A stretch of DNA of 63,612 nt, the filler included, from Atractiella rhizophila (Eukaryota), in assembly GCA_021432655.1 (NCBI GenBank). It is 3 parts of 3 records of this genome, joined end to end, with 100 filler letters (N's around TTAATTAATTAA, not from the genome) between each part and the next. Parts side by side here need not be neighbours in the genome. Positions count along the whole stretch, not along the records: positions 28,750 to 57,291 come from MU271731.1; positions 57,392 to 63,612 come from MU271778.1; 1 more part is not named here. One strand, written 5' to 3'. Positions 53,440 through 63,612 of the stretch are shown piece after piece. Within the stretch, counting starts at the first letter, position 1. Every line of letters starts with the position of its first letter. The notes beneath the pieces were generated by a model. That model searched no databases. It had not been told where the DNA came from and saw only the letters and a program-made list of their open reading frames with translations. The translations under genes and the position numbers were made by a program.

Positions 53440-55052
53440 TTAGAACCACAAATCATCATCGTTTTCTTCCTTAATGGCATCCAACTCGGACTCAGCTCTC
53501 GTAGAGCTGGTGCTGACAGCAAGAGGTGCAGGCAAAACGCTGTTTTCCCTAGACTCCGGCTCGGCAGAGACGAAAGGGGAGGTTGACGCAACGGGCAGGT
53601 AGATTGATAGGTGCTGCTGTGTCCAAAAGCGGAGTGTGTCTCTCGGAATGAGGGCGTAAGGGGTTTCGAGTTTCTGATCCACCATGTGAGACATAAAAAA
53701 GAATGGAGGAAGAAGGCGGCGCACAGCCATCAACTGGACTCCACGATATATCTGTAAGTAGAGGTCGTTGAAAGTGTCCGTTCCTCTCTTCATACCTCGT
53801 TCTTCAAGCATAGACGAAACCACCTTTTTCATCACCTAGTCATAGGTAAACGTGAGCTCCTCTAGCATTTTCAGAACGCGTGGAAGACAGACGAGCTTGT
53901 TCTTCGCCTCCAAACTTGACTCCTTGTCGTTATTCAATGGGACACTGGGAAGGCTGATACTCCTCTCAAAATCTAACGTCCGTTTTCCCATTGTCCCACC
54001 TGCTGTCGCATGTCTCTTCCCTTTACTCCTCCCTGCAGTCACAGCAGCAGTAGGCGACGATGGTAGGACCTCCGTCTCGCCGTCAGTTTTCCGTCGTTTC
54101 TTTCCTTTTGCAGGATTTGGAACCTCCATCACAGCCGGGAAAGCGTATGAGGGGTTCTGACGCTCAACATCGAATCGCTTGATGTATTTTGTGCTGAGAA
54201 AGAGGGATGGATCGGAATGGGCTGTGGAGAGGTATTGCGAGAACGAGTTGGAGGAGCGAAGGGACGGTGCGTCTGGGCGTGAAGGACGTGGCGGCCGAAT
54301 GGTGGATAAACGAAGCTCAATAGAAGTTGATTTGGGAGGAATAAAAGGGTAAATAATTAGATCCGGTAAACCTGCATAAACGGTAACATTCAGGATGGCC
54401 AAGTCGGATGGATGGACTGCACCTTCTGATGGGTCATGAGGACCCATGCTCGGTGACCACGATAGCTTGATTCCAGGCAGACAGCCGTGCGTTCTCGCCT
54501 CTGTAATCGACGACGAGAGTCTCTCTTGAAACCATTCCACCGTCTCTTCCTCATTTTCATCCAGATACACTCGAATGGTCTCCTTGACGTTGTGGACGTA
54601 TATGCGTTCCAGTTGCGTGTCTCTTTCATCCAGAGGGGGTAGTTTGGTGGGAGATACTTTGCCGGAATCTACTACTGCGACAGATTTGGAGAAAGAGAGA
54701 CATGTATTGTGCTGTCGCAGAAACAGGGGGATTAAGGTAGACGACGGGAGGGGATTAAACGGGTCGTCAGTCTCAGGAGATTCTCGTTGTGCGATGAAAC
54801 AAATGCCTTTCCAGGTCCCAACCTCAGCCCCTATGTATTGACCAATACCTTGAAGGGAAACGAACCTTTAAGCGCTGATGTCGAGCTTTCAGACGCGTCT
54901 GCAACCTGAAGATCACCGCGCCACAACAACTTGTACCTCCAGCTCTCTTCTTCTTCTTCTGCTCCATCTTGACTCCGCCGCTTCCTCTTCAGCGTCTTTC
55001 TCGATGTGCTGGCGCGAGATATCTCGTTTACAGTGAGCGTACTGGTCGACAT
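53440..55052 (-). CDS. Sld7-like protein
   Basis: N-terminal YKLLWRGDL and C-terminal EAKNK..KKVVSSMLEERGMKR..FNDLYLQIYRGVQL resemble the fungal Sld7_C domain (recognised from memory). Confidence 0.5.
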
Positions 55053-55198
55053 GGTGCTTATACACCGTATTTTTGTTTCAACTTTTGAACGCGTTCAGAA
55101 AGTTGGCAAGCGGCCTTCGTGACACATGATCCTAACGTGAGGCGACTTTATTTTTTACTTGACTTTTGTTACACATATTAGATCTGCTAGGTCTGATC

Positions 55199-56017
55199 TC
55201 ATTTTGAAGACTGTATAAGTTCCATCACCTCTCTAGTTTTATCCCAATCATCAGCCTTAACCCACACCCTTCCATTCAGCCCAATCGCCACTTCAAACGC
55301 AAACTTCTTGCCCAAGTCCTTCATGAGTTTCGGATTTTGCAACAATCTAAATCCAAATTTTCATTTAATTTCTCGTAAAGCAAGAATGTGAGAGTGACCG
55401 ACTCTTTGCAACGTCCTTCCTCCAGACTCCGAATCACCATCCCGCCGTGCAGCTCTCCGAAGCCTTTAGCCAAATGAGTTGTTGCGTCATAGCACTCGAT
55501 CTCTGGTTCTGAAGAGAGAGGATGGCACAACGACACGCGAGCATATACCGTCTCTCCGATCTGTTGATCCAAAAATCAGTTTCTGAATCGGAAGGGAAAG
55601 AACAGACGCACCTTGAGATTTGGCTTGTTCCGCTTTGTAGCACCTTCAAAAGCAAGCGCGTCCAAAGCCGCTGGTTGGGAAGTGCCAATATCAACACGGT
55701 ACCCTTCAGCGTGCTTGTGGGTGACGATTCCAATTACAGGATCATTCATAGCTGGAGTATACTGGCCATAAAAGCTTCAGCTGAAAGCAATGAAACGAGA
55801 GGAAACGGCAGACTTTTCGCTTTCTGGATTCAACCCACCATCTCTGCTCCTTGCCAAGTGTTTGACTCCCCAATAAACCGCAAACACTGCTCACAAGGAC
55901 GTTCGGTTGGTCTTCCGAAACAGTGAGGCCAGGACCCAGTCGAGTTGGCAGATTTGATCCAGACAATGGAAGTGGGATAGAGTCCCCAGGAAGGATAAAC
56001 GGGACTGGAGTCGTCAT
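55199..56017 (-). CDS. RRP40: Exosome cap subunit Rrp40
   Basis: Contains ILPGD, LGPGL, VIGIV..YRVDIG..LAFEGATKRNKPNL, GFGEL and FEVAIGLNGRVWV. Confidence 0.93.
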
Positions 56018-56309
56018 GACGAGACAGCGATATTTTGGAATCTGCTAGTGAATATCGACTGAAAAAGGCTGCAAAAAGGTTGATAGTTTTGGTTGATTTA
56101 CGTTTCGATCTTTTTGAGATTGGCATTACTGCGGAACAACAGGGAATTTAAATTCTTCCAGTATTTCACCTTATGAGCACCCAGTGGTCGATGTATTGTC
56201 AAGCACTTTGACGAAAGAACATGGCATAACATTAACTCATAAACAAAAGTTCGCAGGGACCCAGTGGGCATTATTTTAAAGATCGTAAGGAGAAGTATAG
56301 ATGAATGAA

Positions 56310-57291
56310 TCACAGCTCCGTCTTGCCGCTTTGGATGGGAAGGGGAACTGGATCTTGACCCCACTCTGCATAACGTGCACCTGTAAATGATCATTACTCA
56401 GCTCTAACCTTCGCCAGCCAGGTACTCTACTCACCCTCTCTGAGGAAGAAGTACCAGACGGCACCAAACACGCCTCCTCCAAGCGTAAGGATGATGGCCA
56501 TGATGCCGACCACCACTAGGATGAGGAACTTGTAGTCCTCCCTGTTCATCTGTGAGTTGAGGACAACCGTTACGGGAAGGGAAGGAGCGTACCAGCCCAT
56601 TCCTTGCTGGTTTTGAGCGTCAGCTGCTTTCCTCCTCTGGTCTTGAACAGCTTCAGGGACAGTCTTCATTCTGATATCTAGCGCCGTCGGCTGGCCACCT
56701 CGGTATGGGACATATGACGGATACCTCGTCTCCGCCCATTGTGAAATCTGCTCAACGACGTCAGACTAATGCTGTCGAGCAGCAATGAGCGAACAGACCT
56801 TGCCACAGAGAACCGAGACTTTGAGAAATAGCGGATCGGACGGCAAGGTCTTCTTGTGTATTTGCTCGGCGTAGTGTTTGAAGAGATAGGCAGCTTCTCG
56901 TGGATTCGTTGTGCGTGTCATCAGCTGAGCAGATGGTCAACCAGGAGCATCCAGCGATGACGAGACGCAAGGGCATACGTGAAGAGCTACACCTTTACGA
57001 ATTTTGACATTCGTCGTGAAAACCTTCGTATTTCCCCAACACTCGTTGATTGTCGCCATAGCCATCACCTGTTTCCGAGTCAGCCGTATCCATAAGGATG
57101 CAGGATGAAACAAATACCTGGGGGATGGCGCAGAAATTGAAGACGGACTGTCTCTTGATCAGGGTAAGGTAGTTCAAGCAATCCAATGAATGCCTCAGAG
57201 CATCAAAGCACATCTCGTTGAGAGCCCATGTGCGCTTTTCCTCGATGCCTTCGATCGAATCGTCCCAGAAATCCTTCGGGTCATTGACGTA
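56310..57291 (-). CDS. ERG9: Squalene synthase, 3' part (5' part in gap)
   Basis: Contains DALRHSLDCLNYL..QSVFNFCAIPQVMAMAT and NVKIRKG plus a C-terminal TM helix; the putative last exon ends KTEL*. Confidence 0.9.
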
Positions 57292-57391
57292 NNNNNNNNN
57301 NNNNNNNNNNNNNNNNNNNNNNNNNNNNNNNNNNNTTAATTAATTAANNNNNNNNNNNNNNNNNNNNNNNNNNNNNNNNNNNNNNNNNNNN
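57292..57391. other. Assembly gap with TTAATTAATTAA marker
   Basis: N runs. Confidence 0.99.
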
Positions 57392-59196
57392 CCACAGTTC
57401 ATCTTCCCCAAAGTCCCGACTTCCCCATCCGCCTCCCGTCGAACGTCCTACCATAGTGGATCGAGTCCGATGTTAGGAGCACAGACAACGGGTCATCCGA
57501 CTCCTACTCCGTCGAGACAGACGACGAAGCATCATCATCACAGCCCTCTACATGATTTGAAGCGATTCCTCAACAACACCATGCACCACAGTCCGAAATC
57601 TTCCTCCCGCTCGCGCTCCGTTTCCCACGCTGGCACACCTCACAACATCACACCTCCGTCAGCTCCTCGAAGCAGCAATGCTTCAGCGAATGGTTCGCCC
57701 GATTACTCGGGACCTGGAACCCCTGCTTCTAGCCTTTCAAGAGACCCGTCACCTCCTCATTCCCATCAGACGCATCCTTCCAAGTATTCCCCTCCGTTAG
57801 GAAGCGATCATACGCACTTGCAGAAGAAGTATGGCAAATGGGGAAAGGTCTTGGGAAGCGGTGCGGGTGGAACGGTCAGGTTGATCAAGCGAGGGAAGGA
57901 TGGAACCGTCTTCGCTGTGAAGGAGTTCAGGGCGAGGAGAGGCGGTGAGAGTCAGAAGGACTATGTGAAGAAGGTGACCGGAGAATTTTGCAGTACGCTT
58001 TTCCCCTCATTGATATGGACATCCGCTCACCGCTACGTGACGCAGTCGGTTCTGCTTTGCATCACACTAATATTATTGAGACGCTGGACATCATCACCGA
58101 CAATGATCACTACTACGAAGTGATGGAATACGCTGAATACGACCTCTTCTCCACAGTCATGTCTGGAAAGATGACGAGGAACGAAATCTATTGCGTCTTC
58201 CGTCAAATCGTAGCAGGCGTCGACTACCTTCACTCCATGGGACTTGCTCATCGCGATCTCAAGCTCGACAACTGCGTCATGACCTCGAAGGCCGTGGTGA
58301 AAGTCATCGACTTCGGGACTGCAGCCGTGTTCAAGTACCCAGGAAATTCGAAGACGGTCAAAGCCTCCGGAATCGTCGGCAGTGATCCATACCTCGCTCC
58401 TGAGGTGTTAGCCGAGAAAGAATACGATCCTCGTCTCTCAGATGTCTGGAGCGTCGCCATCATTTTCATGTGCATGATTTTGAGGAGATTCCCTTGGAAG
58501 CTGCCGGATACGAAGACGGATGCGAGTTATAGACTTTACGTTCAGTCCCATCCGGAATTGTGCACCAAACCTCCGACCACTCCTACTGGTACGGAGACCT
58601 TGGAGGTTATGAAGGCACCTGTTCGTCAAGGAAGTAAAGGCTCAGAAGGAGATTCCATCATTTCCAATTCCTCCTCTAGAACGGATCTCTCAGTCTGGAG
58701 CGTCGCCATCATTTTCATGTGCATGATTTTGAGGAGGTTCCCTTGGAAGCTGCCGGATACGAAGACGGATGCGAGTTATAGACTTTACGTTCAGTCCCAT
58801 CCGGAATTGTGCACCAAACCTCCGACCACTCCTACTGGTACGGAGACCTTGGAGGTTATGAAGGCACCTGTTCGTCAAGGAAGTAAAGGCTCAGAAGGAG
58901 ATTCCATCATTTCCAATTCCTCCTCTAGAACGGATCTCTCGAGGGTATCCGAATTTGCAACAAAAGAGGCAGCCGGTCATATCGATTCAGGCTACGAGTC
59001 GTCTGCCGGGAGCACAATTGGCGATGCTAGCAAGAATCTTCACGCCTTGGAGAGAACAGAGAGTCCTGGACACATTGTCATCGATCATTCGACGTTGTCG
59101 GAGTCGATCACCAACCAGACTACCGATACCAGCGTGAGCAAGACTTCGAGCGGTAGTGAGACCAAGTCGACCAAAGACTCGTGGACCTGTGGATAG
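57392..59196 (+). CDS. Npr1/Hal5-family (Hrk1/Ptk2-like) Ser/Thr kinase; 5' end in gap, internal duplication, 3' end apparently truncated
   Basis: Contains [34 protein letters not shown] and GSDPYLAPE; subdomains X-XI were not found downstream. Confidence 0.85.
58444..58940 (+). repeat. In-frame 249-bp tandem duplication inside the kinase
   Basis: GTCTGGAGCGTCGCC... occurs at 58444 and 58693; one substitution seen (AGA/AGG). Confidence 0.95.
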
Positions 59197-61608
59197 AGCT
59201 AGTGTAAGAGAGACGATCTTGTCCTATAGTTGGTTAGCAAAGGGTCTTTTTCTACTCCCTCTAATTTCTGGCGGTAGCACTCTCTCTTCAGCCTTCCTCT
59301 CTTTCGAATCTAAAGCCTCGCTCCCAAGCACTAGATCGTCCAAAACGCAGAGTCTCCCCACATTTACACCCCTTCTTCGATTTCCTAACCCCTCGTTGAA
59401 CCTTCCCTGCAGAACCTAACCTCTTTCTCCCTCTGCTCCTTACCGAGTAGGGCCTTCGAGTTAGATTGCTCCACTTTTTGGGTGCAGCCGACTACGTAGG
59501 CTTGAGCTTCCTTACGGACTATGGGAGGGAAGAAAGAAAAAGTGGAGTTACTTAGGGGCTTCTCCGGCAAGTTGTAAGGTCGCCGCTTTCATTGAGAGAA
59601 TCCGGGACTAAGTTTCAAAAGCTTCTTTCCTCTGCTAGTACGCTAATAAGTCTCGGGGGACGGTGCGAAGAGTCGGGTCTTGAGGTTGGACTGGAAAAGA
59701 AGCTCCTTAGCGGCTGGTTTGTTCCCCGCTTCCCTTAGAGACTGATAAACCTGAGATTGCTCAACCTGGAGCCTGCGCTTTACGAGTCAAATTGCCCATA
59801 GCGCCTAGAGTAGAAACTCGCGCTGCCTCTTTTCCTCCTCCACGTCTTCTATGCATGTGGCGTAACGGATTCTTCTGTTTCTATTACGCAGCACCCTCTA
59901 TAAGCGGTGGTTTAGTGGTGACCTAGGCTATAAACTGAGCGGCCGGTTTTCCCGGTTTGGAAGGGGAGGTGGACGATATATGAGATGGCATAGAAGTCAT
60001 TGATTGCAGTTCTGAGGGTCGTAGTGGAGAAGCAGTCAAAAAAATTCTGCGGTAGATCCCGTTGCGACCATTGGCCTTCGCTCCTTTACTAAAATCTTCT
60101 GCTTCTGCGTCAACACAGTCATTACAGCTTCGTCGGTCTCTTGTTTCGTCTTTGTGGCAGAGGCAGGTTCGAGAGCTCCGTCGCTTTCCACTTTCAGTCC
60201 AGCGGATGGTCAGGTCCAAACTCGCTCTCCTAGTTCCGAAAGCTTCTTTTCTAATTTGTCCCCGTCAGTGGTAGGGGACGAGGGTGGGAGAGCATGCAAG
60301 ATGGTGCTGAGCGGTTGCGGTCGAGGCTTCTCTGGGGAGAGGCGTAAGTTAGGAGTCCGCAGGTTCCTGTATTGGAGCTTCGAAGTAGCACGATGGTGTG
60401 AACGGAGAGGTGTTGGACTTGCTGACAGGGAAGATAGGTCGAGAAGTAGAGGCGCTTCTTGCGAATGGTGTTGGTCCGTCGGTGGACCTCTCAGCGGACG
60501 TTTCTCCGAGTGCTTCTCCTGACTCTAGACTTTCCACGACTGTGCAAGATAAGCAAGTTTAGGTGTAAATCAGAAAGAAAGAACATAATCCCCTGCAGTT
60601 ATGACGCATTTATCGACAACAATTTATAGATAATGAGGCCGACACTAATATGTGTGTTAAAACACCAGTACCCACCAGGGTCACTCACTTCCCCTCTCTT
60701 TCTGTGCTCTACTTCTACTTTCAACTTTCTTTACAACTTTCAAGGTTTCCACTTCCATACCAATCTCGCTCTCGAGCTTACCCTTATTTCTTGTTACTTT
60801 TCCCAAACTACGAAACATTTGTGTCACCTCTTCGTATGGGATAATTCAAATAGAGTGTTGACTTTCGCAAGCTGCTATTTTCTACGCTGCTTTGGTCTGC
60901 TTTGACTTCGTCTTCATATCTTTGATGTTCAGCTCCGTCTTTTCCTTGTTGGTTAAAGAAGATATGTTCCATACCCGTTTACATGAAACACTGTATAAGA
61001 CAACTTCTTAAACCCTATTATTTGTTGAACATCTACCACCAGCTTTTACCTCCCTCGCCCAGCTTCTTTCACCTGTTACTTAACTAACATTCTTTTCACG
61101 CAGCCGCTGGTGGGTACAATGAGATCAAGAAGGGGAAAAATCCTCCGAGTCGTCTTTTAAATTGCACTAGCACGGTTAGACGTAGCGGTTAAACCTGAAC
61201 TGACGGGAACAGAGGTTGTGTGTAAGAGTCCGGCGAGTTGGTCAGCAGAAAGGCTGAACCCAGATGTAGAAGGGGAAGAGGTGGTGCCTCGTCCAGGCTT
61301 TCCCATCGGGCGTACGACTGAAGCTGTCAGTTGTAGGACGAGTTTGTGAGAGCTCAAAGCGCTCCATTCTCTGCTTTTTACCTCAGACTACTCGGTTGGA
61401 AGGTTCACCGGACTCTACTCTGCGAGGGAGCTAGCCATGCCTCTGATCGTCCATGCCTATCTCGGCTGCCTAACAAACTAAACCCCTAAAGCTCCCTCTT
61501 AAGCCGCACCGCCTTCCACTGTGTCGAACTAAGAAGTTGCAGGGTCTCGACAAGACCACCCTGCATCCACCACCCAGGAACTCTAGTTAAAAGCCCCACG
61601 AACCTGAA
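59190..61608 (-). pseudogene. Decayed gene or element with many in-frame TAA/TAG stops
   Basis: Collinear ORF pieces (61157, 60349, 59923, 59385) separated by stops, with residual splice signals; no recognisable family. Confidence 0.5.
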
Positions 61609-61633
61609 NNNNNNNNNNNNNNNNNNNNNNNNN
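61609..61633. other. Assembly gap
   Basis: 25 Ns. Confidence 0.99.
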
Positions 61634-62802
61634 AGAATGTGATCGAGATAGGTGTCCAGGTGCTCTTCTGGGGGATCGAGAACGGGCTTCGACGATGCGG
61701 GTTGGGTTTGGGAATGAGACTGGAGAGACGCGTCAGGAGCTTTGCTTCTCGGTTTCCTCAACAGGGAATCATGAGACCTCGATGATCCGGAACCATGAAA
61801 CGCTTCTTCACCCGCACCTTCTTAGACGACGCTATTCGCTCTAGATCCTTCTCAAGACAATCATCTCTCTCCGTAGGGTCCCCAATACTCTTCTGCCCAT
61901 TCTTCTTCCCAATCCTCTTCCAGCCCTCTCTACTGATCTTCCCCCATCCCCAACCCCTATGCTCATCATCACTGTCAACGTATCCCTCACCAAAGCCTTC
62001 CATTTGCACCTGCTCCCCTCCAAAACCCGTCAACACCGGCGTGTCTCCTCCCTTCCGACCTCTCAGGAATACCCATCCCTTCTCATTCGTATCCCCATCC
62101 TCCTCCTTGTCCTCCGACTCCGTACCATCAACGACGTTGACCTCAGTGACGCTATCTACTTCCCACCTCTCGCCCGAATGTTCACGCGTTCTTATGAGCC
62201 TTTCATGTCGGGTTGATTTCCAGGTAAGATAGTGCCATTTCCAGGAAAACTTCCAACGGCGATAGAGGGCGAGGAGAAGTGCGAGGAGGAAGAAGGTCGG
62301 TAGGATGACGTAGAGAGGTATGAGCAGGTTCTTGAACTCTGGATCATGGCTTGTCTTCGTTGTCTCCTCCGGGACGGGGAGGGAATCCGTCACTGAGACT
62401 GCGATCGTCGCTTCCGTAGTGGTAGGAATTTGGGAGACAAGAGGAGCGGTTGGTGTATCGTCTGTGGTGGGGATGGAGTCCAGTGGATCGTCTGGGTCGG
62501 CAGTTGGAGTGGCTATTGGAATAGGAGAGAGTGTAGGAGTTGGTGCAGCAGACGGGAGGCTCGGCGTGTTGGTGTTCGCAGCTTGAGACAGGCCAGAATA
62601 GATGGAGTAAATCGTGAACCCGAACGAGTCGTATTGGCGTTTTTTCGCCACTCCTGTCCAGTCATGAAGTAGTCAGCGTTGGGTTGCTTAGAAATTGATC
62701 ATTCTTTTGTCGAAGAACAGTCTTGATCCAATGGTTTCTCAGATGCTTGCTCGACAAAATTGTTACAAATGAGACAAGGACGAGGAAGGGCCACAAGTTC
62801 AT
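61634..62802 (-). CDS. Single-pass membrane protein with signal peptide and S/T/P-rich ectodomain; 3' end in gap, apparent frameshift near 61820
   Basis: MNLWPFLVLVSFVTILS is joined via a GC-AG intron to RVAKKRQ, then a T/P-rich stalk and TM LLIPLYVILPTFFLLALLLALY followed by RRWK. Confidence 0.65.
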
Positions 62803-63612
62803 CAGGACGCAAGTAGAAAAGTGAGTGAGCGTGACTTGGCGGAGTATGAAACAAAACTCTCATCAAAAAAAAAACGTGTTGCTGTCTGAGAAGCTGAAAA
62901 ATGTTGTTTCCACAATGAACAGAAGCGAGGCTTGATTGACGACGAACACAAGCTCATTCAGCCAGCATGGAGCAATTAGACAACGACAATTAAACATTAA
63001 TGAGGGATGCCTCCTCTCTGGCAAGTCAATCGTTCAGATATACAATCGCAAAGCCAAAGTCTCTGAGTTGATGAACATAAAGAGAGTGAGCGCACATTTC
63101 TTGTGCATTTCGTTCTCCGTTCAGAGGATGACTTTTGGATATGGCAAAGAGAATACAACAAAAGAACGACGTACTCTCGAGTGCCATTACAAAGCAGCAA
63201 TATCACACCCGTCCTTCACACCAACTGCTCGCAATCGCAACTGAAAGTATCCAAACGAGTGTGCGAGTTAGAGAGTGTTAGACGTCGTCGTTTCTTCCGT
63301 TTCAGTGAGAGACATCTTCTGAGCTTCGAGCACATCTTCCTTCCCGCTCTGTGATGGTATGGGAAAAGCGGGAAAGGGGCTATCAAACAAGAATCCTGTG
63401 GTTTGGTTGGTGGCTGAGTTGCTCCGATTTAGGTTCGGGTTGATAATCCGAATCCCAAAGCGCAGAAAGATTAGGTTTGTTCATATTCGACCTGCTTGCA
63501 TCACTTGTCTATCCAGTTTCAAGTGTTTAAGTCTACCTGAGCCTCGAGGCAGCTCGACACTCAAGCCACGAGAGCGCACAAACCTCACCTCATTTTCTGG
63601 GCGGAAAGGGAG

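Overview
This is gene-dense, intron-rich fungal nuclear DNA with mostly ~40-70 nt GT/GC-AG introns. It is a basidiomycete judging by an Rra1-type pH sensor; a Pucciniomycotina-like origin is only my inference. Three N-gaps are present, two carrying the TTAATTAATTAA scaffolding marker. The window holds about 25 protein genes: three Zn2Cys6 factors, PS decarboxylase, two F-box/LRR genes, MPP6, CCDC25/Jlp2, CK2 beta, a DHA1 MFS transporter, an MBOAT/wax-synthase, PEX1, RRA1, SPA2, two NAA10 paralogs, an S8 subtilase, an HSL-type lipase, an Sld7-like gene, RRP40, ERG9 and an Hrk1/Ptk2-type kinase. It also has one intron-containing tRNA-Cys and several decayed genes. The most notable observations are: (1) CK2 beta carries an in-frame 44-aa leader ending in the ubiquitin tail VLRLRGG, a candidate DUB-cleaved pro-peptide; (2) a 4,555-bp tandem duplication puts a 5'-truncated CK2 beta behind a copy of the CCDC25 promoter; (3) a 1.1-kb tandem duplication is joined by A18, suggesting RNA-mediated copying of an F-box family member; (4) unusually long, structured introns occur in CK2 beta and the MFS gene; (5) the tRNA-Cys has only 3 anticodon-stem pairs; (6) the NAA10 paralogs differ in intron content; (7) a decayed gene with RIP-like stops abuts a truncated kinase. 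All gene models were read by eye and no database searches were run.
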